Position numbers and translations under genes: made by a program
Source: Treponema sp.
Lineage (GTDB): Bacteria > Spirochaetota > Spirochaetia > Treponematales > Breznakiellaceae
Assembly (NCBI GenBank): GCA_031279555.1
Contig: JAITIK010000005.1
Coordinates: forward strand, 1,464-65,463
Direction: 5' to 3'
DNA length: 64,000 nucleotides
Notes under the pieces: generated by a model
The model's database searches: none
What the model was told of the DNA's origin: nothing
Seen by the model: only the letters and a program-made list of their open reading frames with translations
Part shown: positions 1 through 8,915 of the stretch, in pieces
Position numbering within the stretch: position 1 is the first letter of the stretch
Layout of the letters: every line of letters starts with the position of its first letter

Positions 1-720
1 GACAAAACCCTTGCGTATGAGAGCGTTTCTCAGCGAAGAGATGAATTCGCCTGATCGCGGAACGCCGGGTTCCACAACAAGCGCCTGCGAAGCTAAAACG
101 GCGAGCCTTCTTCCTATAATGTCCGCTTCATTCTGTAAGGAAACAATATGCGGCAGCTTCTGGTGCGTTTCGTTGAACACATTGATGGCGGCGGCCAGCG
201 CGGGTCTTTTTCCGTAAACCGGCGCATGTATATCGCCTTTAATGGTTCTGATTGTCCATGCGGAACCGGCGCCCGCAAGCGCGAAGAAGACATTCTTTCC
301 CGCGTCAAGAACAGCCTGCGTATGATCGATGCATTTGAATTCGAGCGGCATGTTTCGTAGTTCCGGTCTTGCGATCCAGAGGGCAATGACAAAAGTCAGG
401 GGACCTGAACCCAAATCAACGATCACGTCACCCGGGTCCAGACGCGGGGTCAAAGACGGAAGCAACCGGCACAGCCTATAAACATTCCACGGAAGAAAAT
501 AGCGAAGATACGCGGACAACAGGGCAGGTTTTCCCAGATAGGAAGCCGTACGGCTTCCCCTGTTGTTTGTGAGCAAGCGGGAAAGTTCCACAATATCATT
601 CGGCAACGCGCGCCGGAATTGTCCGGGCAACGGGAAAATCCTGTCAACAAGCGGTGGAATGGCGTCAACAAGAAAGCGGACCTCAGCGGACAACGGAGGG
701 AAAAGCGTCATACCATGCAT
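1..720 (-). CDS. SAM-dependent methyltransferase, Rsm22-like (partial; C-terminus runs off the left edge)
   Basis: Absent from the ORF track because it has no stop inside the window. My own minus-strand translation is open from ATG 718-720 (or 709-711) to position 1: MHGMTLFPPLSAEV..YLRYFLPWNVYRL..LDPGDVIVDLGSGPLTFVIALW..VVEPGVPRSGEFISSLR. The DxGxGP motif I and the EPG.P..G motif resemble Rsm22-type methyltransferases. Confidence 0.55.
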   Translation of the reverse strand, partial: MHGMTLFPPLSAEVRFLVDAIPPLVDRIFPLPGQFRRALPNDIVELSRLLTNNRGSRTASYLGKPALLSAYLRYFLPWNVYRLCRLLPSLTPRLDPGDVIVDLGSGPLTFVIALWIARPELRNMPLEFKCIDHTQAVLDAGKNVFFALAGAGSAWTIRTIKGDIHAPVYGKRPALAAAINVFNETHQKLPHIVSLQNEADIIGRRLAVLASQALVVEPGVPRSGEFISSLRNALIRKGFV

Positions 721-796
721 AGTACTGCTAGTTGCGCGAATGTGCAAGGGGCAGAGTCCGTTCTTGCGTGTCGCCTGGCGCCGGCATTTGCGCCAT

Positions 797-1531
797 CTAC
801 ATTTCTCCCAGCAACTTTCCGCTCTGCCGGTAGCTGAAAAAGGCGCTATTCGAAAAAATTATATGATCAAGAAAATTGATGCCCAAAATTTCAGCGGAGC
901 ATTGCAGCCTTTCGGTGATTTCATCGTCTTCTGGTGAAGGGGAAAGCTGCCCTGACGGATGGTTGTGGGCGCAAATCACGGCGCTTGCCCGGTCAAGCAA
1001 AGGATCCGCAAACACTTCGCGGGGGTGTACGATGGTCTTGTTTACAAGCCCTATGGTAACGATGCGCACCGCAAGCGCCTCGTGCGCTCCATTCAAGGAA
1101 ACGCAGATGAATCGTTCCTGACACCTGTCCGCATGGTGCTGTATCAGGTTGAAAATATCTTGAGGATGGCGTATTCGCGTTCCAGCGACCCCCCAACGCC
1201 GCCTTCCAAATTCCAGCATGGCAACCACGGAACACGATTTGCTCGCGCCAAGTCCGGTTAGTTCGGCAAGCTCTTCCACATTGGGTATGCCTTTTTCCTT
1301 ATCCAGCCGTTCCAGCAGTTCCGACGCAAGGACGCTTACGTTTTTTCCCTTTATCCCCGCGTTAAGCAGAATCGAGAGCAATTCTTTGTCCGAAAGAGAA
1401 GCGGGTCCATGTTCCATGAGTTTTTCTCTTGGACGGTATTCAACCGGAAGCGAAAGCGGTCCTGGAGTTTTTCCGTTTGAATCGCAGACTTTGCCATTCC
1501 GGTCTATATTCATATAATCGTAGTCGTTCAC
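797..1531 (-). CDS. radC: RadC/UPF0758 JAMM-motif protein
   Basis: 244-aa ORF. It has an N-terminal helix-hairpin-helix-like ELLSILLNAGIKGKNV and a C-terminal HNHPSGQLSPSPEDDEIT (JAMM/MPN motif). Confidence 0.9.
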   Translation of the reverse strand: MNDYDYMNIDRNGKVCDSNGKTPGPLSLPVEYRPREKLMEHGPASLSDKELLSILLNAGIKGKNVSVLASELLERLDKEKGIPNVEELAELTGLGASKSCSVVAMLEFGRRRWGVAGTRIRHPQDIFNLIQHHADRCQERFICVSLNGAHEALAVRIVTIGLVNKTIVHPREVFADPLLDRASAVICAHNHPSGQLSPSPEDDEITERLQCSAEILGINFLDHIIFSNSAFFSYRQSGKLLGEM

Positions 1532-1610
1532 ATATTTATAGAAGGAAACGCCGCGTGGTTTGCTTGATGTTTTTTCTCCATTTTTCCTTTGCCCTTCGCA
1601 TCATGAATAA

Positions 1611-1662
1611 AAAGCCTTTTTCAAAACGCGAACTACGTTCGGATCGGGTTTGGGAAAGGCCG
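1611..1662. repeat. Hairpin repeat family, copy 1
   Basis: GCCTTTTTCAAAACGCGAACTACGTTCGGATCGGGTTTGGGAAAGGC, in the divergent radC/pepF intergenic region. Confidence 0.8.
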
Positions 1663-1725
1663 CCACAGGCTTGTGAAAGCTTCCAGATACTAGGATTTTT
1701 TTTTATACTGTGCTAGACTTTTCTT

Positions 1726-3573
1726 ATGGATACTTTTAAAAATATGTTCATTGACGCAGCCAATGATGCATCTCCAGACGCGCTTCCCTCGTGGAACCTC
1801 GAAGCGATCTACCCATCGTTTGATTCGCCCGAATACAAGCGGGACATTGCCCTGCTTGAAAAACGCGCCGCTCTGCTGTTGGAGTCGCTCACAGACTCCC
1901 TGCCGTTTGACGCCGCTTCTGTAGTGCAAGCGATTCGCACATGGGAAGACGTTGCGGACACTGCGGAAAATCTGATGTCCTATACGGAAGCCGTCTACAC
2001 AACCGACACCCGCAACGGCAGGGCGCTCGCTGAAATAAATGCCGTTGAGGCGGCAAGGCTGCCGCTTGGCAAGGCTGAGGTCATCCTTCGGAACAAACTC
2101 GCTGAAATTGAAGATTGGGAGCGGTTGTTCCGCACGGACAAAGCCCTTGAACCTTACGAGTTTTTTATTGCCGAAGCTGTGCGCAAGGCTCATTTTCAAA
2201 TGGCGCCGGACATGGAAGACCTTGCCAACGATCTCGCGCGATCCGGCGCGGACGCATGGCAGCGCCTGCATGAGGCGGTTTCTTCCACCGCAGGCGCCGC
2301 GTACGGCGCGGTTGACGGCGCGTGGAAAACCGTCGCCCAACTGCGCGGCATGGCGGCGGACAATGACCGCTCGGTGCGGGAGAAGGCGTATAAAACGGAA
2401 CTGGAGGCGTGGCGGAGCGTTGAAATTCCGCTTGCCGCCGCGTTGAACGGGGTGAAAGGCGCGGCGATTGCCATGGACACGCGGCGGAACTGGCGCAACG
2501 CCGCAGGCGAATGCGAGCCCCTGCAAAAAGCGGCGTTTCAGTCGCGCATAAGCGAAAAAACGCTTTCTTCCCTCATCGCCGCCCTGGAATATGCCCTGCC
2601 GTTGTTCCGAAGGTATCTCACGATAAAGGCCGCTGCGCTCAAAATCCCGGTGTGCGCGTTCTACGATCTTTTTGCGCCTGTCGGCGAAAGGCGGCGGTGG
2701 ACGTTTGACGAGGCGTCCAAATTTATCGTGGGCCAATTTTCGGCTTTTGATCCGGCGATGGGCGCGTTCGCGCAAGCGGCTTTTGACGCGCATTGGATAG
2801 ACGCCGGTATACGGGAGGGCAAAGTAGGCGGCGCGTACTGCGCGGATTTCCCGCTTGCGGGAGTTTCCCGCATTCTCTGCAACTTTGACGGCTCTTTCGA
2901 CAGCGTGAGTACCGTGGCGCATGAACTTGGACATGCGTGGCACCATGACGTCATCAAGTCCCTGCCCCGTACGCAGTCGATGTATCCTATGACGCTCGCG
3001 GAAACCGCAAGCGTATTTGCTGAAACCATAATTTTTGAGGGCGCCTATACAAAAGCGGCGTCCAACGCGGAAAAACTGTTTTTAATAGAAGCGAATCTCA
3101 AGGACTGTTGTCAGGTCATTGTCGATATACTATCCCGCTTTTATTTTGAAAAGGCGCTGTTTGAACGGCGCGCCGCGTCGGAGCTTTCCCCTGAAGAACT
3201 ATGCGCTCTTATGATTGATGCGCAAAAGAAAACGTACGGCGGCGGACTTGATGAAAATCTATTGCATCCGTATATGTGGGCGGTGAAAAGCCACTATTAC
3301 AGCGCGGCGCTGGGGTTCTACAACTACCCTTATGCCTTTGGGCAGCTTTTTTCGCTTGGCTTGTACGCCGCGTACTCAGAAAACAAACAGGGCTTTGCGG
3401 AGAAATACAAGGCCATGCTTGCATTGACCGGCAGCGCAGCCGTCGAAGATGTCGCTCGTTCTATTGGTTGCGATATTGAAGGCGGAGCCTGTGAAGGCAA
3501 TGCCTTCTGGCGAAAAAGCCTGGATATATTGAAAAAAAGAGTTGACGAATTTGAAGAGCGCGCGCAATGCTGA
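1726..3573 (+). CDS. pepF: Oligoendopeptidase F family (M3B zinc metallopeptidase)
   Basis: 615-aa ORF with the HExxH zinc motif in VAHELGHAWHH. Length and overall composition are typical of PepF. Confidence 0.85.
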   Translation: MDTFKNMFIDAANDASPDALPSWNLEAIYPSFDSPEYKRDIALLEKRAALLLESLTDSLPFDAASVVQAIRTWEDVADTAENLMSYTEAVYTTDTRNGRALAEINAVEAARLPLGKAEVILRNKLAEIEDWERLFRTDKALEPYEFFIAEAVRKAHFQMAPDMEDLANDLARSGADAWQRLHEAVSSTAGAAYGAVDGAWKTVAQLRGMAADNDRSVREKAYKTELEAWRSVEIPLAAALNGVKGAAIAMDTRRNWRNAAGECEPLQKAAFQSRISEKTLSSLIAALEYALPLFRRYLTIKAAALKIPVCAFYDLFAPVGERRRWTFDEASKFIVGQFSAFDPAMGAFAQAAFDAHWIDAGIREGKVGGAYCADFPLAGVSRILCNFDGSFDSVSTVAHELGHAWHHDVIKSLPRTQSMYPMTLAETASVFAETIIFEGAYTKAASNAEKLFLIEANLKDCCQVIVDILSRFYFEKALFERRAASELSPEELCALMIDAQKKTYGGGLDENLLHPYMWAVKSHYYSAALGFYNYPYAFGQLFSLGLYAAYSENKQGFAEKYKAMLALTGSAAVEDVARSIGCDIEGGACEGNAFWRKSLDILKKRVDEFEERAQC

Positions 3574-3580
3574 AAATATG

Positions 3581-3735
3581 GAGCGTTTCCCCCAACGCGA
3601 ACTACGTTTGGGTTGGGGCGAACCTCCGGTTCGATGGGAAACGCTTTGGAAAAAGCGGGTGAAAGTCCGCTTTTTCTCCTTAAATCTAAGGCGGCTTTCC
3701 CAAAGCTGCCGTCCTGTACATTTTGGGAAAGTCTC
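3581..3735 (+). repeat. Hairpin repeat family, composite ~150-nt form, copy 2
   Basis: In order: GAGCGTTTCCCCCAACGCGAACTACGTTTGGG..GGGCGAACCTCCGGTTCGATGGGAAACGCT, a terminator-like hairpin AAAAAGCGG-GTGAAAGT-CCGCTTTTT, TCTCCTTAAATCTAAG, and a second hairpin CTTTCCCAAA..TTTGGGAAAG. It lies between pepF and gpsA. Confidence 0.85.
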
Positions 3736-3762
3736 TATAGAGAAATGAATTGGAGGAATAAT

Positions 3763-4830
3763 ATGAATGAACGTGCAGCGGTGTTAGGCGCGGGCGCGTG
3801 GGGAACCGCAGTTGCCAAGTCAATAGCTGACAAAGGCATTGATGTTGTTATTTGGGGGCTTGAAAGCGACGTAGTGGAAGACATAAATGAGCGGCGCATC
3901 AATTCGCGGTTCTTGCCCGATGTCGGTCTTCCCGAAACGTTGACGGCGACCACGGACCTGGCCGATGCCGCCGTCAACCGTGAATTTCTTATTTTGGCGT
4001 CGCCCTCTCTGTACCTTTTGGATACGGTGAAAAAAATTCTTACCCTCCCGTCAATTCGGGATGGGGAAACAACCATCGCCGTTATCACCAAGGGTTTTTT
4101 GGTAAGCCCCAAAGGTCCGCGGCTTATCCTTGAAATGCTGGAAGATTACCTTCCCGGTTTTTACCAGCATTCCCTTGTGTATATAGCGGGTCCGAGCCAC
4201 GCCGAGGAGGTGGGGCGCGGAAAGATCACGGGGCTTATCGCGGCGAGCGAAAACGCCAAGAATTCGATCCGTTTCAGGAATCTGCTCAAAAGCGAGCGGC
4301 TTTTGGTGTTTTCCTCCCTTGACGTCAAGGGCGTCCAAGTGGCGGCGGCGGCAAAGAACGTCATCGCCATAGCATTTGGTATGCTTGACGCGCTTAAAAC
4401 AGGCGTTGATGACGTTGAAAGCGAGATGTTTGGCGACGGCACCGCGTCTCTGCTCCTCGCCGCAGGCCTGAACGAGATACAGGCGCTTGGACATGCAATG
4501 GGATCGACCCATCCCGAAACCTTCACCTCAATTTCTGGCGTCGGCGACCTTGACGTCACCTGCCGTTCAGTCTGGGGACGGAACCGCAGATTCGGCCGGG
4601 AAATCATTGAAAAGCGTATTCTTGAGCGATTCAACGATTTAGACGATCTGATAAACCGCATCAAAGAGGTGGGATATCTGCCGGAAGGCGTCGCCGCCGC
4701 CAAACATATAAAAGTTTTAGCGGAAAAATACAGACTCAAGCTGCCGATAAGTCTGGGGATTCATCAAATTTTGAACAGGGAAATCGAACCTGCGGAATTC
4801 CTGAAAAATTTTTTGGACAGCTTGTCCTAG
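3763..4830 (+). CDS. gpsA: NAD(P)H-dependent glycerol-3-phosphate dehydrogenase
   Basis: The track ORF starts at 3613 inside a repeat element. ATG 3763 is preceded by GGAGG (3753-3757) and gives MNERAAVLGAGAWGTAVA (GxGxxG Rossmann), typical of GpsA. Confidence 0.9.
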   Translation: MNERAAVLGAGAWGTAVAKSIADKGIDVVIWGLESDVVEDINERRINSRFLPDVGLPETLTATTDLADAAVNREFLILASPSLYLLDTVKKILTLPSIRDGETTIAVITKGFLVSPKGPRLILEMLEDYLPGFYQHSLVYIAGPSHAEEVGRGKITGLIAASENAKNSIRFRNLLKSERLLVFSSLDVKGVQVAAAAKNVIAIAFGMLDALKTGVDDVESEMFGDGTASLLLAAGLNEIQALGHAMGSTHPETFTSISGVGDLDVTCRSVWGRNRRFGREIIEKRILERFNDLDDLINRIKEVGYLPEGVAAAKHIKVLAEKYRLKLPISLGIHQILNREIEPAEFLKNFLDSLS

Positions 4831-4878
4831 AACTTGTTCCATGTTTGCCCTAATCTTAAAAAAGAGGAAGCCGGGAAA

Positions 4879-6018
4879 ATGCCAGTTTATTCGTTTAACG
4901 CCTTGCTTGGTTCTTTTTTAGTTGTTGTTATTATTTGTATTGACTATCTCCTCAAATACAATACGGATGCCGTTCAAAGAGAAATCTTCATTTCTTGTTT
5001 GATTATGACGCTTCTGGCGATAACGTGCGACTTCATCCATCATATGCTGGCAGGACAAGGCGGACAAACCATACAAACCGCGCTTTATATTGTTAATACG
5101 CTGTATTATGTTTTTCAGGTCGGCATGATGTACGCGACGGTTGTTTTTCTTGACTATATCTCTTACAAGAATATGAAGCGGTTGAAAATAATCATTATAA
5201 TAGTCGCCGCTATTAACCTTGTCCATATAGCCGCGCTTTTACTCAACCTGCGGTGGGGTTTTTATTTCTTTTTTACGAATCGCAATGAATTCATGTACGG
5301 CGACAAGTATTTCATCCGTTTGTTAATAAGCTATCTTCCTTTTATTCTTAATATTATTGATCTGCTTTTATCCTATAAAAATATTTCCGTCTATCATATC
5401 AACCTGATTTTCATAATCCTTATATTGTCAAGCGCCGGCTCCACGATCAGTTTCATAGCAAATAATACGTCGTTGTTCTGGATATGCTCCGCGTCATGCC
5501 TTTTGGCTCTCTACTTTTTTATTATGCATACCGAAACGCAATTCGATGTCCTTACCGGCGTCGGCAACAGGCGCTTGTTTTACGAATTTATCGACAGGCT
5601 GAACAAGCAAAGCGGCGAACAATCATGGTCAATAGCCATGCTTGATATTGACGACTTCAGATATATCAACAGCGCGTACGGTCATACTGAGGGCGACAAT
5701 GCCCTGCGGAATGTGGCGGACACTATTAAAGGGTGCATCCGCGACTCAGATTTAGTCGTCCGTTACGGAAATGACGAATTTATTCTTGCCGTTCAATCCG
5801 AATATGACATCGAAAAACTCATAGCGCGTATTCAGCAGGCGATATACGATCAGAATGAGAAAAGCGTCCGCGCTTATAAACTGAGGCTGAGTTATGGGTA
5901 TGGCGTCTTTGTCACCCATTCAGCGCAAAACATCAATGATGTTCTTGTTCATATCGAAAAACTCATATGCAGCCAGAAAAACGCGAAGCGGAGAAACGGA
6001 GACAGGAGCGTTGAATGA
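4879..6018 (+). CDS. Multi-pass membrane protein with C-terminal GGDEF-family domain (degenerate GNDEF A-site)
   Basis: The hydrophobic N-terminal half has about 6 helices. The C-terminal part reads GVGNRRLF..MLDIDDFRYINSAYGHTEGDNALR..IRDSDLVVRYGNDEFIL. ATG 4879 follows a GAGGAAG RBS. Confidence 0.8.
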   Translation: MPVYSFNALLGSFLVVVIICIDYLLKYNTDAVQREIFISCLIMTLLAITCDFIHHMLAGQGGQTIQTALYIVNTLYYVFQVGMMYATVVFLDYISYKNMKRLKIIIIIVAAINLVHIAALLLNLRWGFYFFFTNRNEFMYGDKYFIRLLISYLPFILNIIDLLLSYKNISVYHINLIFIILILSSAGSTISFIANNTSLFWICSASCLLALYFFIMHTETQFDVLTGVGNRRLFYEFIDRLNKQSGEQSWSIAMLDIDDFRYINSAYGHTEGDNALRNVADTIKGCIRDSDLVVRYGNDEFILAVQSEYDIEKLIARIQQAIYDQNEKSVRAYKLRLSYGYGVFVTHSAQNINDVLVHIEKLICSQKNAKRRNGDRSVE

Positions 6019-7091
6019 CATCGGCTGGTTACATCGGTACGTATACCCACGGCGCGGGCGGGAGAAGTACGGGCATTTATTCATTTCTTTTTGACAGCGA
6101 CGCTGGCGAAGCGCGGGATCTGCATATCGCGGCGGAAGCGGTGAATCCAGAGTTCCTCGTTTTGTCCGCTTCTAAAAAATTTCTGTATGCGACAAATGAG
6201 ATCAATGAATTTCAAGGAAAGCCCACAGGAGCCGTCTCCGCTTTTGCGGTAGGCGGAGCGAGGGGGGAAAAACTCTCTTTTATTAACCACGTTTCCAGCA
6301 TGGGGAAAAGTCCATGTCATATCGCGCTTGACAACAGTGGAACGTACGCCGTTGTTTCTAATTATCTGGAAGGCTCCGCAACGGTTTTTCCCATACACGC
6401 GGATGGAAGCGCTGGCGAATGCATCCAGATCGTTCAGTTTACGGGAAACGGCCCCAATAAAGAGCGGCAGGAAGCCTCGCATGGACACTTCTTTATCTCG
6501 CGTGAGACGCCGGGAATGGAGTGTCCCAACTTTGCGCTTGCCTGTGATTTAGGCTCAGACAGGATATGGAGGTTCGCTTTTGACAAAAACAGGCGAAAGC
6601 CGTTGCTTCCGCTTGATCCGCCGTTTTTTCAATCGGCCGCCGGTTCGGGTCCAAGACACGCGATTTTCCACCCTGCGAAGGACATTGTATATGTGGCAAA
6701 TGAGCTTGCTTGCACTGTCGACGTCTTCTCTGGCGCATGCCGCTCCCTCTTGCAAACCATTCCGGTATTGCCAACCACGGCAGCCGCCGGCGCCACGGTA
6801 GCCGCGATCAAGTTCGGCGCGGATGCCCGGCGCCTCTACGTGTCAACCCGCGGCTATGACAGCATAGCGTCATTCCGCGTTATGGAAGACGGATTGCTCG
6901 AACTGGAACGGATTGTTCCGTCCGGCGGCAGAATGCCGCGGGATTTCGCTGTTGATCCAACCGGAGCCTACCTGCTTGTTTGCCACCAAGAGTCGGACAA
7001 CCTTGTCGTCTTCCATATTGATAGGAAAACGGGCGTTCTGGAAAAAATCCGCGAATACAAAGCGCTGTCAGGCGTGTGCATCATCATGTGA
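6015..7091 (+). CDS. Beta-propeller lactonase family protein (6-phosphogluconolactonase-like)
   Basis: 358-aa ORF. The N-terminus YIGTYTHGAGGRSTGIYSF and repeated blade-like segments are typical of the 7-bladed lactonase family. ATGA overlap with the upstream gene. Confidence 0.7.
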   Translation: MTSAGYIGTYTHGAGGRSTGIYSFLFDSDAGEARDLHIAAEAVNPEFLVLSASKKFLYATNEINEFQGKPTGAVSAFAVGGARGEKLSFINHVSSMGKSPCHIALDNSGTYAVVSNYLEGSATVFPIHADGSAGECIQIVQFTGNGPNKERQEASHGHFFISRETPGMECPNFALACDLGSDRIWRFAFDKNRRKPLLPLDPPFFQSAAGSGPRHAIFHPAKDIVYVANELACTVDVFSGACRSLLQTIPVLPTTAAAGATVAAIKFGADARRLYVSTRGYDSIASFRVMEDGLLELERIVPSGGRMPRDFAVDPTGAYLLVCHQESDNLVVFHIDRKTGVLEKIREYKALSGVCIIM

Positions 7092-7474
7092 AAACAAATC
7101 GCGCTTATACCATTAGGAACTGTGCAAAAATAAGATGCGGCTGCCGGAGCGATGGACGCCAATCGTTTTGTGGAGCATGTCCAGGATGTTCTATTGCCAT
7201 CAGCGGTACAAGTTTGTTTATATGGATAAATCTCATATGGTAATTTTTTAAATCTTGATATTCTAAATCCCTTAATATTAGATCGGTACGTCCGTAACAA
7301 CGCCCGGTATTGGCGGTATTAGTGAACGCTGATGCAAGTTTTATCGTTCCGTCAGATATGCCTTCGCTATTCCTCAAGACGTAAATGGGATCTGCGCATA
7401 ACGGAACTGCCGAAAAACGAGCGCTATTGAACTTTCTCTTGAAAAAAGGCGCGGTCTGGTGTATACTAAAAATC

Positions 7475-8278
7475 ATGATGCGTTTTTTGTTCGCGGTATG
7501 TTGTTTTTTTCTGCTGAATCCCCTGTTTGCGGAAGACAATAACGGTGGTTTTGACGATGGCGGCGGCAATGCCGGCGTCATTGCCAATGGCAATGACGTT
7601 GCGCTTTTCAGGGCGTGTATGAAGGGGGACGCCCCGCAAGTACACGCGCTTTTGGAAGCGGGCGCGAACGCGAATGTCGTCAATAACGGGATATCCGTGC
7701 TGATGTTCGCCGTGAATGCCGGAAATGTTGAAATTGTCAAGCGGCTTGTCTCCGCAGGCGCCGACGTCAATTACAAAAACGATGCGGGTGTTGGAGCCTT
7801 GTTTCTCGCGGCGTATTCGGGCGATGTAGACATGGCAAACGCGCTCTTGTCAAAAGATGTGAATCCCGAAGACGCATACGTCGCCGCGCATATCGCGCTT
7901 CTACGGGAAAATGCTGATGTTGCGGCGCGGTTGCAAGATGCCGCCGAATATGGAAAACTTGACTACCGGAAATTGCGGCGCGATGAATATACAGCGGGCG
8001 CGCGTTTCTGGGTCTATTATAAGGTTGCGCGTATTTTTGTGGATAAGGAATCCGTTTATCGTGCGTTTTGTCTTCTGAAAGAAACAAAAGATGGAGAACC
8101 GAACGGCAATTACGAATTTTATATCGAATCAAAAGAACGGTTCCCTTTCATTGAAGGGGATGTCATAGAAGCCTTGGTCTCGTATCGTACGCTTGAACAC
8201 ACCGAAGTAAGCGTCACGCCGTACCGTGCGGTTGAACAGGCGATTTTTCAAATAGATAAAATAATTGAAATTTGGTAG
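7475..8278 (+). CDS. Secreted ankyrin-repeat protein
   Basis: MMRFLFAVCCFFLLNPLFA is a signal-like N-terminus. Three ankyrin-type repeats follow (LFRACMKGDAPQVHALLEAGANANV.., LMFAVNAGNVEIVKRLVSAGADVNY.., LFLAAYSGDVDMANALLSKDVNP). The C-terminal half is unrecognised. Confidence 0.75.
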   Translation: MMRFLFAVCCFFLLNPLFAEDNNGGFDDGGGNAGVIANGNDVALFRACMKGDAPQVHALLEAGANANVVNNGISVLMFAVNAGNVEIVKRLVSAGADVNYKNDAGVGALFLAAYSGDVDMANALLSKDVNPEDAYVAAHIALLRENADVAARLQDAAEYGKLDYRKLRRDEYTAGARFWVYYKVARIFVDKESVYRAFCLLKETKDGEPNGNYEFYIESKERFPFIEGDVIEALVSYRTLEHTEVSVTPYRAVEQAIFQIDKIIEIW

Positions 8279-8299
8279 CGTCCTTTGGGCGGCGAAACG

Positions 8300-8914
8300 T
8301 CAGGCTTTCTCCGTGCGCATGCGTATCGACAAAGAACGCAATTCATCAACGACATACACATTGCGCACTGCGATTTCCGGAGGGACTTTCAACACCACTG
8401 GGGCGAAATTGACTATCCCTCGAATTCCGGCTGCTATGAGTTTATCTGCGGCGAGCTGGGCTTGATCTTCCGGCACACAGAGCAGGCTTATCTCTATGGC
8501 GAACCGGTTGATGACTTCGTTCATCTTGTAAGTGGGATACAATGGCACTGGCGATGAAAGAATTTCAACGCGGTTGACATTGGCGTCAAAACCCGCTATC
8601 AACTCAAACTCGCCGTGTTGGAAGGCGCTGAAATTAAGATATGCGGAACCCAGTCGCCCAAGCCCCACGACGCAGATTTTCTGTTTGCGGTCAAGGAGCA
8701 GGGTTTTCTTGATGGCGTTTTCCAAGCCGGCGCTGTCATAGCCGCTCGCCCTTCCAATATCTGCGGCAAGGTAAGAAATATCCTTGCGAATAGAATTCCT
8801 CGACCAGCCAGTAAGCGATTCTATGTGCGCGGATGTCAGCATAGCGGCTCCGCCTTTCTCAAGCAGTTTTAAGAGATAGAGAAGCCTTTCTTTTGCGGGT
8901 TCGGGAATCTCCAT
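8300..8914 (-). CDS. rex: Redox-sensing transcriptional repressor Rex (paralog 1)
   Basis: MEIPEPAKERLLYLLKLLEK (wHTH), then VVGLGRLGSAYLNF (Rossmann GxGxxG) and GIRGIVNFAP. The start is trimmed to ATG 8914, which abuts the stop of rlpA at 8916. Confidence 0.85.
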   Translation of the reverse strand: MEIPEPAKERLLYLLKLLEKGGAAMLTSAHIESLTGWSRNSIRKDISYLAADIGRASGYDSAGLENAIKKTLLLDRKQKICVVGLGRLGSAYLNFSAFQHGEFELIAGFDANVNRVEILSSPVPLYPTYKMNEVINRFAIEISLLCVPEDQAQLAADKLIAAGIRGIVNFAPVVLKVPPEIAVRNVYVVDELRSLSIRMRTEKA

Positions 8915-8915
8915 G

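Noticed and set aside
1630-1645. Repeat core CGAAC-N3-GTTCG resembles the Gram-positive LexA (Cheo) box CGAAC-N4-GTTCG
   Set aside because: Most copies have a 3-nt spacer, not a 4-nt one. The motif is buried in a longer hairpin and is scattered at sites unrelated to DNA-repair genes. The resemblance is most likely coincidental.
1690-2946. 418-aa minus-strand ORF
   Set aside because: It lies entirely antisense to the well-supported pepF gene. Its Arg/Gly-rich, low-complexity composition is typical of a shadow ORF in GC-balanced DNA.
3615-3635. tRNA-like GGTTCGA(T) T-loop motif inside the composite repeats (also in 22561-22714)
   Set aside because: The flanking bases do not form a T-stem, and no acceptor, D or anticodon arms can be drawn. 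The motif is simply part of the conserved repeat block GGGCGAACCTCCGGTTCGATGGG. I found no tRNA or rRNA gene in the window.
3613-3762. Upstream extension of gpsA (the track start is a TTG at 3613). The same applies to 57761-57850 for the large membrane protein, 16251-16277 for PP2C and 61092-61292 for the secreted protein.
   Set aside because: The extensions translate repeat elements or overlap the preceding gene. Downstream ATGs have proper RBSs and begin at the conserved N-termini or signal peptides.
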